The position numbers and the translations under genes were made by a program. Shown here in pieces: positions 1 through 9,249 of a stretch of 56,229 bases of DNA. The DNA is taken from contig JAADDR010000063.1 in the NCBI GenBank assembly GCA_013153865.1, positions 1-56,229 on the forward strand. The letters run 5' to 3'. Under the pieces are notes generated by a model. The model was not told the origin of the DNA. It saw only the letters and a list, made by a program, of their open reading frames with translations, and made no database searches. This stretch comes from Chlorobiota bacterium (GTDB lineage: Bacteria; Bacteroidota; Bacteroidia; Bacteroidales; JAADGE01). How positions within the stretch are numbered: position 1 is the stretch's first letter; the number at the start of each line of letters is the position of its first letter.

Positions 1-1218
1 GTTTTTCTGCCGGTATTTATACTATTTATTTCTCCTTATATTTACGGTCAAGCCGATACCACCGAATTTAAAGTGGGAAATAAAAAACTGATTATTATCG
101 ATAAAAAAATACAAAAACAAAACGCTCTGTATAACTTAGAAAAAGCCAAAGAATCATTTGCTTACGAAATTGCCGAAGCGGAAAAACAAATAAAAACATA
201 CGAAGAAATAATAAAACAAAGAGAAAAACTTATAAAAGAACGCGAAGAAGTATTAAAAAACAAAGAAAACATAATTAAACAATCTGATTTCGGCAAAACG
301 GCTGATTATACCTCCGAAGACTTAAATAACCTGTTAAAACAAAGAATGGAGCGTATGTTTTACCTGCAAGACTTAGAAAGACTGAAAAGCGAAACGGAAC
401 ATCAAAAATTTTTAATAGAATTAAACCGAAAAAAAATAGAAGCTTTCGAAAAAGGATTGGAAGATATAGACAAAAGTATCGCTGAAGTTAAAAAAGAAAT
501 ATCAGGGCTGAATAAAGAACTTAAAATAGAAACCGAAAAAAAATCGCGCAAAGAAGTCGCTTCCGCTATAAAACATCAAAGATTTAACGCACATTGGGCA
601 GGTTTCGAACTCGGAATCCTGAACTTTACCGACTCAAAAGGTAACCTGCTGAGCGACGACGATTTAGGCTTTTTGGCAATTACCCCCGAAAAAACAATAA
701 GCTATGCCTTAAACATAATAGAATATAATATTCCCCTAAGTAAAAATAAATTATTCGGACTTGCAACAGGTGCCGGAATGGAATGGAACAGCATCGCACT
801 TAAAGAAAACATTAACCTGTACGAAGACGAAAACGGAAACCTTTGTGCCGAATATGTTAATCCCGACGACATAAAATACACAAAAAACAAACTGAATGTC
901 GCATATGTTACCGTGCCTTTAATTATTGAAATTCAAATTCCGACAAAAAAACGAAGATTCTTTTTCGGAGCCGGAATTACCGGAAGCATAAGAACATGGT
1001 CTAAACAAAAACAAAAATATACTTCCGACGGAGAAACATATAAAAATAAAATAATCGATGATTTTCGCTTATCTCCTTTTAAATACGGAGCAACGGCAAG
1101 AATCGGGTACGGAGATATCGCCGTTTACGTAAATTACGATTTTATTTCTCTCTTCAGAACAGGCACCGCACCCGAAATGTTTCCGGTTTCCGTAGGCTTT
1201 AAAATAGCGGATTTCTGA
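1..1218 (+). CDS. 5'-truncated outer-membrane protein: signal-peptide-like start, long K/E-rich coiled coil, C-terminal beta-barrel-like domain ending in Phe
   Basis: Frame 1 is open from nt 1 with no stop before the listed GTG at 73. It reads VFLPVFILFISPYIYGQADTTEF, which looks like a signal peptide, so the true start lies just left of the window. The C-terminal ~200 aa has alternating aromatic/hydrophobic strands and a terminal ...GFKIADF, typical of OMP barrels. Confidence 0.6.
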   Translation, partial: VFLPVFILFISPYIYGQADTTEFKVGNKKLIIIDKKIQKQNALYNLEKAKESFAYEIAEAEKQIKTYEEIIKQREKLIKEREEVLKNKENIIKQSDFGKTADYTSEDLNNLLKQRMERMFYLQDLERLKSETEHQKFLIELNRKKIEAFEKGLEDIDKSIAEVKKEISGLNKELKIETEKKSRKEVASAIKHQRFNAHWAGFELGILNFTDSKGNLLSDDDLGFLAITPEKTISYALNIIEYNIPLSKNKLFGLATGAGMEWNSIALKENINLYEDENGNLCAEYVNPDDIKYTKNKLNVAYVTVPLIIEIQIPTKKRRFFFGAGITGSIRTWSKQKQKYTSDGETYKNKIIDDFRLSPFKYGATARIGYGDIAVYVNYDFISLFRTGTAPEMFPVSVGFKIADF

Positions 1219-1255
1219 CAAAACCTCCCCCGGAATTACTCAAAAAGAAATTAAT

Positions 1256-1294
1256 AAAAAACTTTGCATTTTTGTTTTTGTGCAAAGTTTTTTT
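1256..1294 (+). terminator. Rho-independent terminator after the coiled-coil/barrel gene
   Basis: Stem aactttgca (1260-1268) pairs with tgcaaagtt (1281-1289). The loop is 12 nt and a T-run follows to 1294. The hairpin starts 38 nt after the stop at 1218. Confidence 0.75.
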
Positions 1295-1451
1295 ATTTTT
1301 ATACTTTCGGAAAGTTTTTTTTAATTAAAAAAAGTAGGATTTTAGTAAAAATAACACATCGTTGGTCAAAAAAAATACGAACAGACATTAAAAAAAATAA
1401 CTTTTGCAACAAACTAAAATTCGACAGAAATAGGACAAAACATATCACATC

Positions 1452-4400
1452 ATGAAAAAAAATATACTATTTATTTTATTCCTGTATTTATCTTCGGCGG
1501 TTTTTTCTCAAGTAAACAAAAACGGACTGCCGTTTGTAACCAAATATACCGACAAAGATTACGGTGAAGTCGGGCAGCTGTGGGCAATTACCCGTGATAA
1601 CAGAGGAATTATGTATTTCGGCTGTAATTACGGTTTGAAAACATACGACGGCAGAAGCTGGAAAACATACAACAACCCATACAGCACAATTATACGATCT
1701 TTAAACACCGATAAAAAAGGCTTGGTATATTACGGTGCTGAAAATGATTTCGGAGTTTTTCTTGCCGGAAAATCCGGAGAACTCGAATTTCACTCTTTAT
1801 TCAGAGATAAATTTAAAGCGGATTCGGTAAACTTCGGATCGGTTTGGAAAACCGTTATTGCCGAAAACAGAGTTTATTACATGTCATTCGAAAAATTATT
1901 TTATGTCGATTTGCCGCTCAAATTTTCCGGCGATTCATTAACAAACGAAATAAAGATAATACCTCCGTCAACAATGTTTCATAACTCTTTTGAAGTTGAC
2001 GATGTTTTTTATATCAGAGAATGGGAAAAAGGACTTTGCACAGTCGAAAACGGAAAACTTAAGCTCGTTCCCGGAGGAGAAAAATTTGCATTCTTGAGAA
2101 TATACGTAATGTTTCCTTACGATAAAAACAGAATACTGATAGGAACAAGAGAAGAAGGCTTCTTCTTATTTGATAAAACAAAAAACAAAAACACCGTAAC
2201 ACCCTTTAATATAGAAAACAACCAAGAAATAATAAAAAGCGCAATATATACCGGAACAAAACTTTTAAACGGAAAATTTGCTGTAGGAACATTAGCCGAC
2301 GGAATATTCGTAATAGATAAAAACGGAAAAATAATCAACCATTATAACGAAAAATTCGGATTACCGTCTCAATATATCTTGGCAATGTATTATAATTCCG
2401 GAAACCCCGACGCTAAATTATGGTACTTTTCTCAAGATAACGGAATCTTTAATCTCGATATATCCGGAAACATTACCAAGTGGGATAAATCTTTCGGAAT
2501 AGACGGAATCGTTAACGATATTATACGATATAAAAGCAAATTGTATTTTACCGTAAATAACAGTTTACTGTACCTGAACACTAAATCAAAATACCCGGAA
2601 TTTCATAATATCTATTCGGAAAATGAAAACGTTTGGAAATTTCTTGAATTTAAAATACCCGGAAGCAACAAAACAAAACTGCTTATGGCATCCGTTTCCG
2701 GAATATTCGAAATAAAAGACACTCTGGTATCTAAAATTGCCGATATTAACAATGTTCGCGTACTGACTCAATCCGAACATTACCCGGAAAGATTATATAT
2801 AGGAAGCGACGACGGATTGGCATACATGAATTATACGGCAGGATCATGGTCTGAATTAACAAAAAAAGAAAACTTTCCCAATTCTGTATGCGACATTCTG
2901 GAAACCGACAAATATCTGGCAACGGGAGTTTTCAACAAAGGCATTTATATCTTTAAAAACTTTGATGACGAAAACCCGGTATATATCAACGAATCAAGAG
3001 GTTTAAACATCTTCGGGTCAGAATATTTTCTTAAAAAAATTAAAGACAAAACAATAGCGGTAACAGGTTCCGGATTATATTTTATTAACGATTCTCTGAG
3101 AGCTTTACCTTTTGATTACTTCGGAAAACAATATTGCGATACGACAACCGGCATATATCTTCTTGAAGAATTTAACGATAAATATTGGATGTCCGTTTAT
3201 TCCAACGATATAACGAATCCGAATCATCGTTTAATCAGATTTAAAGAAAAACCGAAACTCGTTAAAGACAGCATTTTTGCCAATATATTACCGAGAAAAA
3301 TAACCTTTTGCCTGTACCCCGACAATAATATTGTTTGGATAGGCAACGAAGGAGGGCTGTTTACGTTCGACCGCACAAAACAAAAAAATTATAAAGTCCC
3401 TTTTCATACCGTTATAACTCGAATTTTAACATCCGGAGATTCGGTATTGTTCAGCGGTAACTTTATGAGCAATGAAGGCGGGTTCTTTATCCCGTCTTTA
3501 CAACAATCCGAAGACAAAATTCCGGTTTTGCCGTTTAAAAGCAATAACTTGGTTTTTGAATGGGCTGCACCTTATTTCGAAAAAGAAAAAGAAACACTAT
3601 ACAGCTACAGACTTATCGGCGAATCGGACGAGTGGTCCAAATGGTCGAAAAAAACAGATATCCGTTATACGAATTTATACGAAGGAGAATACACGTTTGA
3701 AGTTAAAGCAAGAAATATTTATAATGTCGAAAGTACGGTTGCAAAATATAAATTTGTAATACTGTCGCCTTGGTACAGAACAATTTGGGCATACCTGTTG
3801 TTTTTTATTCTCGGAATTCTGTTTATATTGCTAATTATAAAGCTTTATACCAAAAAGCTGAAAAGAGAAAACGAAAAATTAGAACAAACAGTTAAAGAAA
3901 GAACGGCGGAAATCCGTATGCAAAACGAAGAAATTACCGCACAAAGAGACGAAATACAAGCCCAAAAAGAAGAAGTAGAAAAAGCAAAAGATAAAATAGA
4001 AAAACAACAAAAAAGCATTATGGACAGTATCCATTATGCCAGCAGAATACAAGAAGCAGTATTACCTCCCGACGAATATTTAGACGAAATTCTCGGTAAC
4101 CATTTTGTACTGTTTCGTCCGAGAGATATTGTCAGCGGAGACTTCTATTGGGCTACGCAACGCGACGGAAAAACGGTTATAGTTGCGGCAGACTGTACCG
4201 GACACGGTGTACCCGGAGCTTTCATGAGTATGCTCGGAATGTCTTTCTTAAACGAAATAGTAAATAAAGAAGGTATATTGCAGGCAAACGTAATCTTAAA
4301 CAGACTGAGAGAAAACGTTAAAAAATCATTAAGACAAACAGGTAAAGAAAACGAAGCAAAAGACGGAATGGACATAGCTCTTTGTATTATCGACAAAGAC

Positions 4401-4787
4401 GAAATGAAATTGCAGTTTGCCGGAGCATACAATCCTTTACTGCTTTTAAGAAACGGCGAAATAACACGAATAAAAGCCGACAGAATGCCGATAGGAATAT
4501 ATTTAAGAGAAAAAGAATCTTTTACAAACAATATTATAGACCTCGAAAAAGGAGACTTATTGTATATATTCTCCGACGGATACGTCGATCAGTTCGGAGG
4601 CGAAGACGACTCTAAAATTCGTTCGGCTAACTTTAAAAAAATATTGCTCGAAAATCACAAAAAACCTCTCGACGAACAAAAAGCCGCATTGGTTAAATTT
4701 TTGGAAGACTGGATGAATCATACCGACAAAACCGGACGAAAATACAAACAAGTTGACGATATTTTGGTTGTGGGAATAGAAATATAA
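1452..4787 (+). CDS. Periplasmic-sensor protein phosphatase: signal peptide, two-component-regulator propeller repeats, Y_Y_Y domain, TM helix, coiled coil, PP2C/SpoIIE phosphatase domain
   Basis: The N-terminal ~750 aa has the repeated propeller-type pattern. The Y_Y_Y-like motif is YSYRLIGESDEWSKW...YTNLYEGEYTFEVKARN. The TM helix is WAYLLFFILGILFILLIIKLY, followed by an E/K/Q-rich coiled coil. The C-terminal SpoIIE/PP2C motifs are HYASRIQEAVLP, SGDFYW, AADCTGHGVPGAFMSM, DGMD and FSDGYVDQ. Confidence 0.85.
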   Translation: MKKNILFILFLYLSSAVFSQVNKNGLPFVTKYTDKDYGEVGQLWAITRDNRGIMYFGCNYGLKTYDGRSWKTYNNPYSTIIRSLNTDKKGLVYYGAENDFGVFLAGKSGELEFHSLFRDKFKADSVNFGSVWKTVIAENRVYYMSFEKLFYVDLPLKFSGDSLTNEIKIIPPSTMFHNSFEVDDVFYIREWEKGLCTVENGKLKLVPGGEKFAFLRIYVMFPYDKNRILIGTREEGFFLFDKTKNKNTVTPFNIENNQEIIKSAIYTGTKLLNGKFAVGTLADGIFVIDKNGKIINHYNEKFGLPSQYILAMYYNSGNPDAKLWYFSQDNGIFNLDISGNITKWDKSFGIDGIVNDIIRYKSKLYFTVNNSLLYLNTKSKYPEFHNIYSENENVWKFLEFKIPGSNKTKLLMASVSGIFEIKDTLVSKIADINNVRVLTQSEHYPERLYIGSDDGLAYMNYTAGSWSELTKKENFPNSVCDILETDKYLATGVFNKGIYIFKNFDDENPVYINESRGLNIFGSEYFLKKIKDKTIAVTGSGLYFINDSLRALPFDYFGKQYCDTTTGIYLLEEFNDKYWMSVYSNDITNPNHRLIRFKEKPKLVKDSIFANILPRKITFCLYPDNNIVWIGNEGGLFTFDRTKQKNYKVPFHTVITRILTSGDSVLFSGNFMSNEGGFFIPSLQQSEDKIPVLPFKSNNLVFEWAAPYFEKEKETLYSYRLIGESDEWSKWSKKTDIRYTNLYEGEYTFEVKARNIYNVESTVAKYKFVILSPWYRTIWAYLLFFILGILFILLIIKLYTKKLKRENEKLEQTVKERTAEIRMQNEEITAQRDEIQAQKEEVEKAKDKIEKQQKSIMDSIHYASRIQEAVLPPDEYLDEILGNHFVLFRPRDIVSGDFYWATQRDGKTVIVAADCTGHGVPGAFMSMLGMSFLNEIVNKEGILQANVILNRLRENVKKSLRQTGKENEAKDGMDIALCIIDKDEMKLQFAGAYNPLLLLRNGEITRIKADRMPIGIYLREKESFTNNIIDLEKGDLLYIFSDGYVDQFGGEDDSKIRSANFKKILLENHKKPLDEQKAALVKFLEDWMNHTDKTGRKYKQVDDILVVGIEI

Positions 4788-4812
4788 ACATAAAAAACAA
4801 AGCAAATTAATA

Positions 4813-4843
4813 ATCCTCGTTTGCAAAAACGGGGATTTTTTTT
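4813..4843 (+). terminator. Rho-independent terminator after the sensor-phosphatase gene
   Basis: Stem atcctcg (4813-4819) pairs with cggggat (4830-4836) with one G-U pair. The loop is 10 nt, followed by eight T residues. Confidence 0.75.
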
Positions 4844-4897
4844 ACCTTTATCATATCGTAAACTTTTCGACCGTAAAAGACAAAAAATACAAAAATT

Positions 4898-5485
4898 ATG
4901 AAACTTACCGATAAAAAAAGAGAAGAAAGAAACAGAATAATAGAATCAGCAAGAGACGTATTTAAAAAATACGGATTTAAAAAAGCTGCGGTAAGCGATA
5001 TTGCGGCTGCCGCCGGAAAAGCAAAAAGCTCGGTTTATTATTACTTTAAATCAAAAGATAAAATTTATAATGCCGTTATATTTTCGGAAGCAAAAAAATA
5101 TCGATACAGGGTTTCCGAAGCCGTTAAAAAAATAAATAATCCGGAACTTCAACTTAAAGAATACATATTAATACGCTTACAAACCGATAAAATGTATTCA
5201 AACTTTTACGAAGCCGTGCATAACTTTTCGGAACAGGACAAATTTATAAAACGATTAAAACAAATATACGATAAAGAAGAGTTTGAAATATTCAGCAATA
5301 TACTCGAAAACGGCGTTAAAACGGGTTTTTTTGATGTGTCGGACATAAAATATACTGCCGTGGGAATTGTTACGGCAATGCGCGGAATAGAGTCCGTTTT
5401 GTTGCATAAATACGAAGACTCGAAAGCCGAAGCCGTTATAGATAATGTTTTAAAAATTATTCTTTACGGAATAGTTAAACGTTGA
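4898..5485 (+). CDS. TetR/AcrR family transcriptional regulator
   Basis: The N-terminal HTH segment is FKKYGFKKAAVSDIAAAAGKAKSSVYYYFKSKDKIY. The size (195 aa) and helical C-terminal half are typical of TetR regulators. Confidence 0.85.
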   Translation: MKLTDKKREERNRIIESARDVFKKYGFKKAAVSDIAAAAGKAKSSVYYYFKSKDKIYNAVIFSEAKKYRYRVSEAVKKINNPELQLKEYILIRLQTDKMYSNFYEAVHNFSEQDKFIKRLKQIYDKEEFEIFSNILENGVKTGFFDVSDIKYTAVGIVTAMRGIESVLLHKYEDSKAEAVIDNVLKIILYGIVKR

Positions 5486-5497
5486 TATAAAAAACTT

Positions 5498-5541
5498 GCC
5501 GCCGAAAAAGTATTTTAATTTCTTCTTCGACGGCATTTTTA
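5498..5541. terminator. Probable bidirectional terminator between convergent TetR and asnS genes
   Basis: gccgccgaa (5498-5506) pairs with ttcgacggc (5526-5534), 8 of 9 bp. A T-run follows on the + strand (5536-5540). An A-run (5490-5494) precedes it, giving a U-run on the minus strand. Confidence 0.5.
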
Positions 5542-5567
5542 TAAAAGGCATTAGATTAAATTCATAC

Positions 5568-7085
5568 TTACGGGCGCAATCTTCCGTAATATCTCGGGAA
5601 AGGTATCGTTTCTCTGATATGTTGCGTTCCGCAAATCCACGCAACGGTTCGTTCCAAACCCAAGCCGAAACCCGCATGAGGAACGGAGCCGTATCTTCTT
5701 AAATCCAAATACCATTCAAATTCTTTCATCGGAAGTTTGTGCTCTTCTATTTTTTCGAGCAACAAATTCAAATCGGTTTCTCTTTCGCCGCCGCCTACTA
5801 TTTCGCCGTAACCTTCGGGAGCCAAAACATCTACGCCTTTTGCAAGTTCCGGATTTTCGGCATCGCGTTTCATGTAAAATGCTTTTATTTGATGAGGCCA
5901 GTTATAAACCATAACCGGAACGTCAAACATGCGGGTTATAACCGTTTCGTCCGAACCTCCGAAATCGTTGCCGTATTCGAAATTAGCGGCGGAATCAATC
6001 CATTTGGGTATGTTTCCGGCTTTTATTTCGAGTTTTCGTATTTCGTTTTTAAGTGTATCTATACGGTTTTGAAGAAAATTACGTTTTCCCTTTTTTACTC
6101 CTCCGGCAATTATTTTCTCTTTTTCGGATATTTCTTTTTTGTTTGCCTCTATCTGTAATTTAATATCGTTTAAGTCGGCTTCGAGAACTTCGATACTTGT
6201 TTTTCCGTTTACTTTTTTCTTGCCTTTAATTATGTCAACGGCTTCGTCGTAAGTTAAACGCGGAAATTTTTCGGTTGCAATTTTTTTAAATACGGTTGTG
6301 TCTCTTTCGAGCATTTCCAATTCCGTTTTACAGTTTTCCAAAACATCGCCCGTAATGTATTTTATAAAACTTTCGATAACGTCCATATTCATGTCGTTAT
6401 CATGAAATGCCATTTCCGGCTCAATCATCCAAAATTCGGAAAGATGACGGCGTGTTTTTGATTTTTCGGCTCTGAAAGTAGGACCGAAAGTATAAATTTT
6501 ACCCATTGCCATAGCCATTGCTTCGCCGTATAATTGTCCGGTTTGAGCAAGGTATGCCGGTTCGTCGTAAAAATTCGATGCAAAAAGGGTAGTGGAGCCC
6601 TCGGCGGCATTAGGCGTAAATATCGGCGAATCGGTTTGTACGAACCCTTCTTTTTGAAAAAAATTGTTAATTGCAAAAATAAGACGGTTTCTTATTTTAA
6701 GTATTGCCCATTGCCGGCGCGAACGAAGCCATAAATGACGATGGTCCATTAAAAACTCGATGCCGTGTTCTTTATTGCTTACGGGGTAATCAACAGATGT
6801 TCCGATAAGTTCCAAATCCGAAACATGAAGTTCGTAACCTCCTATTTGGCGTTCGTCTTTTACTACTTTTCCGGTAAGTTTTACGGAACTTTCTTGTGTG
6901 AGCTTACTTGCTTTTGCAAAAATTTCTTCGCCGACATCCTCCAGATTTACAATACATTGTGCAAAACCGCTGCCGTCGCGCAAAATCAAAAACTCCAAAC
7001 CTTTGCTGCTTCTGCGATTGGTAACCCAACCTTGTGTTTGTATATTTTGTCCTTCGTAATCTTTAAAATCTTTTATTTGTATCAT
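5568..7085 (-). CDS. asnS: Asparagine--tRNA ligase (class IIb) carrying an extra coiled-coil insertion
   Basis: It has an N-terminal OB-fold (GWVTNRRSSKGLEFLILRDGSG). Motif 2 is FRAEKSKTRRHLSEFWMIEPEMAF and motif 3 is GFGLGLERTVAWI, with a C-terminal IPFPR. At 505 aa it is longer than the AsnRS lengths I recall. Confidence 0.9.
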   Translation of the reverse strand: MIQIKDFKDYEGQNIQTQGWVTNRRSSKGLEFLILRDGSGFAQCIVNLEDVGEEIFAKASKLTQESSVKLTGKVVKDERQIGGYELHVSDLELIGTSVDYPVSNKEHGIEFLMDHRHLWLRSRRQWAILKIRNRLIFAINNFFQKEGFVQTDSPIFTPNAAEGSTTLFASNFYDEPAYLAQTGQLYGEAMAMAMGKIYTFGPTFRAEKSKTRRHLSEFWMIEPEMAFHDNDMNMDVIESFIKYITGDVLENCKTELEMLERDTTVFKKIATEKFPRLTYDEAVDIIKGKKKVNGKTSIEVLEADLNDIKLQIEANKKEISEKEKIIAGGVKKGKRNFLQNRIDTLKNEIRKLEIKAGNIPKWIDSAANFEYGNDFGGSDETVITRMFDVPVMVYNWPHQIKAFYMKRDAENPELAKGVDVLAPEGYGEIVGGGERETDLNLLLEKIEEHKLPMKEFEWYLDLRRYGSVPHAGFGLGLERTVAWICGTQHIRETIPFPRYYGRLRP

Positions 7086-7114
7086 TGTTTGTTTGTTTTC
7101 GGGAATTTAACAGG

Positions 7115-7122
7115 CAAAAATA
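7115..7122 (-). promoter_or_regulatory. Candidate Bacteroidota -7 promoter element (TAnnTTTG) upstream of asnS
   Basis: The minus strand reads TATTTTTG about 30 nt upstream of the asnS ATG. I found no convincing -33 TTG at the expected spacing. Confidence 0.3.
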
Positions 7123-7202
7123 ATTATTATTATTTATTTTTCTAAAAAAACACTCGAGGTAATTTAATGTAATTCCGTATGTAAGATTTTATTAAATTGA
7201 CC

Positions 7203-7224
7203 CGAAAAATTCATGAATTTTTCG
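7203..7224. repeat. Perfect 22-bp palindrome in the asnS-lepA intergenic region
   Basis: cgaaaaattca/tgaatttttcg is exactly self-complementary. Confidence 0.9.
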
Positions 7225-7229
7225 AAGCT

Positions 7230-7257
7230 GAAAGTAAAAAGTTGAAAGTAAAAAGTT
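7230..7257. repeat. Perfect 14-bp tandem direct repeat, two copies
   Basis: gaaagtaaaaagtt occurs at 7230-7243 and again immediately at 7244-7257. Confidence 0.9.
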
Positions 7258-7385
7258 TAGCCGGCATTTTTGCTTATTTTTTGCAGCCCGAATTAGGGTT
7301 GTGGTATTTTATGTAAATTGTGCTGTAATACTTTGAGCTTTATGCTTTTAATTTTTAACTCCCTATTATTTGTGAATAATTGGGT

Positions 7386-9173
7386 TTAATCCAACTTTAA
7401 TACGGCGAGGAAAGCGTTTTGCGGAATTTCGACGTTTCCTATTTGCTTCATACGTTTTTTACCTTTTTTCTGTTTTTCGAGCAGTTTTCGTTTTCGCGTA
7501 ATATCTCCGCCGTAACATTTTGCCGTAACGTCTTTTCTTACGGCTTTAATGGTTGAACGAGCTATTATTTTGGAACCTATTGCGGCTTGTATGGGCACCG
7601 CAAATTGTTGGCGGGGTATTAGGTCTTTCAGCTTATCGGTCATTTTTCTGCCGAATTTGTATGCGTTATCTTCGTGAATGAGCGTAGAAAGTGCATCTAC
7701 CGTTTCGCCGTTTACGAGTATGTCGAGTTTAACGAGTTTTGCCGGGCGATATTCCGATTGCTGATAGTCGAAAGAGGCATATCCTTTCGAGATGCTTTTC
7801 AGTTTGTCGTAAAAATCGAATACAATTTCGGAAAGAGGCATTTCAAAAGTAAGTTCGGCTCTGTCGGAAGATAAATAATGTTCTTTTTTTAATTCTCCTC
7901 TTTTGTCGAGGCATAATTTCATAACTTGTCCGTAATATTCGGTTTTTGTAATTATTTGAGCTTCTATGTAGGGTTCCAGTATTGTGTCTATTACGCCGGC
8001 TTCGGGTAATCCGGACGGATTATGGACTTCTATTGTTTCTCCTTTTTTTGTTTTTACGATATAAGAAACATTAGGAACGGTGGTAATTACGTTCATGTTA
8101 AATTCGCGGTCGAGGCGTTCCTGAACTATTTCCATGTGCAAAAGACCCAGAAATCCGCAACGAAATCCGAAACCGAGAGCTAATGAAGATTCCGGCTCGA
8201 AAGTCAGCGATGCGTCGTTAAGTTGCAGTTTTTCTATCGAATATCTTAAATCTTCGTAGTCTTCGGTATCTATGGGATAAATACCCGCAAACAGCATCGG
8301 TTTTACTTCTTCGAATCCTTCTATTGCCGTTTCGCACGGATTGTCGAAATGCGTAATCGTATCACCTACTTTTACTTCTTTTGAATTTTTAATGCCGGAT
8401 ATAATGTAACCTACGTCTCCGGCTTTAAGTTCTTTTTGAGGTTGTTGTTTTAATTTTAAAACTCCTATTTCGTCGGCGTAATAATCTTTTTCGGTATTAA
8501 AAAATTTTACGTGGTCGCCTTGTTTTATTATACCGTTAACTATTTTGAAATAAGCTATAATACCTCTGTAAGAATTGTAAACGGAATCGAAAATCATTGC
8601 TTGCAAGGGAGCGTTTATATCGCCTTCGGGCGGCGGCACGTCGTTTATTATTCTTTTTAATATTTCTTCAACTCCCATACCTGTTTTTCCGCTTGCTTCT
8701 ATAATGTCTTCGCGTTTTCCGCCGAGAAGTTCCATTATTTGGTCTTTTACTTCTTCGGGCATGGCGGTATCCATGTCCATTTTATTTAAAACCGGTATTA
8801 TTTCCAAATCATTGTCTATTGCCATGTATAAGTTGGAAATTGTTTGAGCTTGAATGCCCTGTGTTGCATCTACGACCAATAAAGCTCCTTCGCATGCGGC
8901 TATCGAGCGTGAAACTTCATACGAAAAATCCACATGTCCGGGTGTGTCTATAAGGTTAAGTTTGTAGGTTTCGTTTTCGTATTTGTAATCCATCTGTATG
9001 GCATGACTTTTAATTGTAATGCCTCTTTCTCTTTCGAGTTCCATATCGTCTAATACCTGTGCCTGCAAATCTTTATCGGCAACTGTTCCGGTGTATTCCA
9101 AAAGCCGGTCGGCTAAAGTGCTTTTTCCGTGGTCTATGTGGGCTATGATACAAAAATTTCGTATGTTTTTCAC
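7386..9173 (-). CDS. lepA: Translation elongation factor 4 (LepA/EF4)
   Basis: The N-terminal G-domain reads [30 protein letters not shown] and NKMD. The conserved LepA C-terminal region reads [34 protein letters not shown]. Confidence 0.97.
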   Translation of the reverse strand: MKNIRNFCIIAHIDHGKSTLADRLLEYTGTVADKDLQAQVLDDMELERERGITIKSHAIQMDYKYENETYKLNLIDTPGHVDFSYEVSRSIAACEGALLVVDATQGIQAQTISNLYMAIDNDLEIIPVLNKMDMDTAMPEEVKDQIMELLGGKREDIIEASGKTGMGVEEILKRIINDVPPPEGDINAPLQAMIFDSVYNSYRGIIAYFKIVNGIIKQGDHVKFFNTEKDYYADEIGVLKLKQQPQKELKAGDVGYIISGIKNSKEVKVGDTITHFDNPCETAIEGFEEVKPMLFAGIYPIDTEDYEDLRYSIEKLQLNDASLTFEPESSLALGFGFRCGFLGLLHMEIVQERLDREFNMNVITTVPNVSYIVKTKKGETIEVHNPSGLPEAGVIDTILEPYIEAQIITKTEYYGQVMKLCLDKRGELKKEHYLSSDRAELTFEMPLSEIVFDFYDKLKSISKGYASFDYQQSEYRPAKLVKLDILVNGETVDALSTLIHEDNAYKFGRKMTDKLKDLIPRQQFAVPIQAAIGSKIIARSTIKAVRKDVTAKCYGGDITRKRKLLEKQKKGKKRMKQIGNVEIPQNAFLAVLKLD

Positions 9174-9249
9174 TTCTGTAATTTAATTCTTGAATATTTT
9201 AACTTGCAAAAATACACTAAAAATTTTAATACGAAATTCGGATTATCTT

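Noticed and set aside
1264-1455. 63-aa ORF in the spacer upstream of the sensor-phosphatase gene
   Set aside because: It starts inside the terminator hairpin. It is K/F/I-rich as expected from translating AT-rich non-coding DNA, and it ends overlapping the next gene's start.
5450-6158. Small ORFs at 5450-5677(-), 5496-5702(+) and 5739-6158(+) around the 3' end of asnS
   Set aside because: They overlap asnS or the terminator region and show no motifs. asnS explains the coding potential.
7230-7257. Possible CRISPR-like or minisatellite array
   Set aside because: There are only two 14-bp copies with no spacers, and no cas genes are present anywhere in the window.
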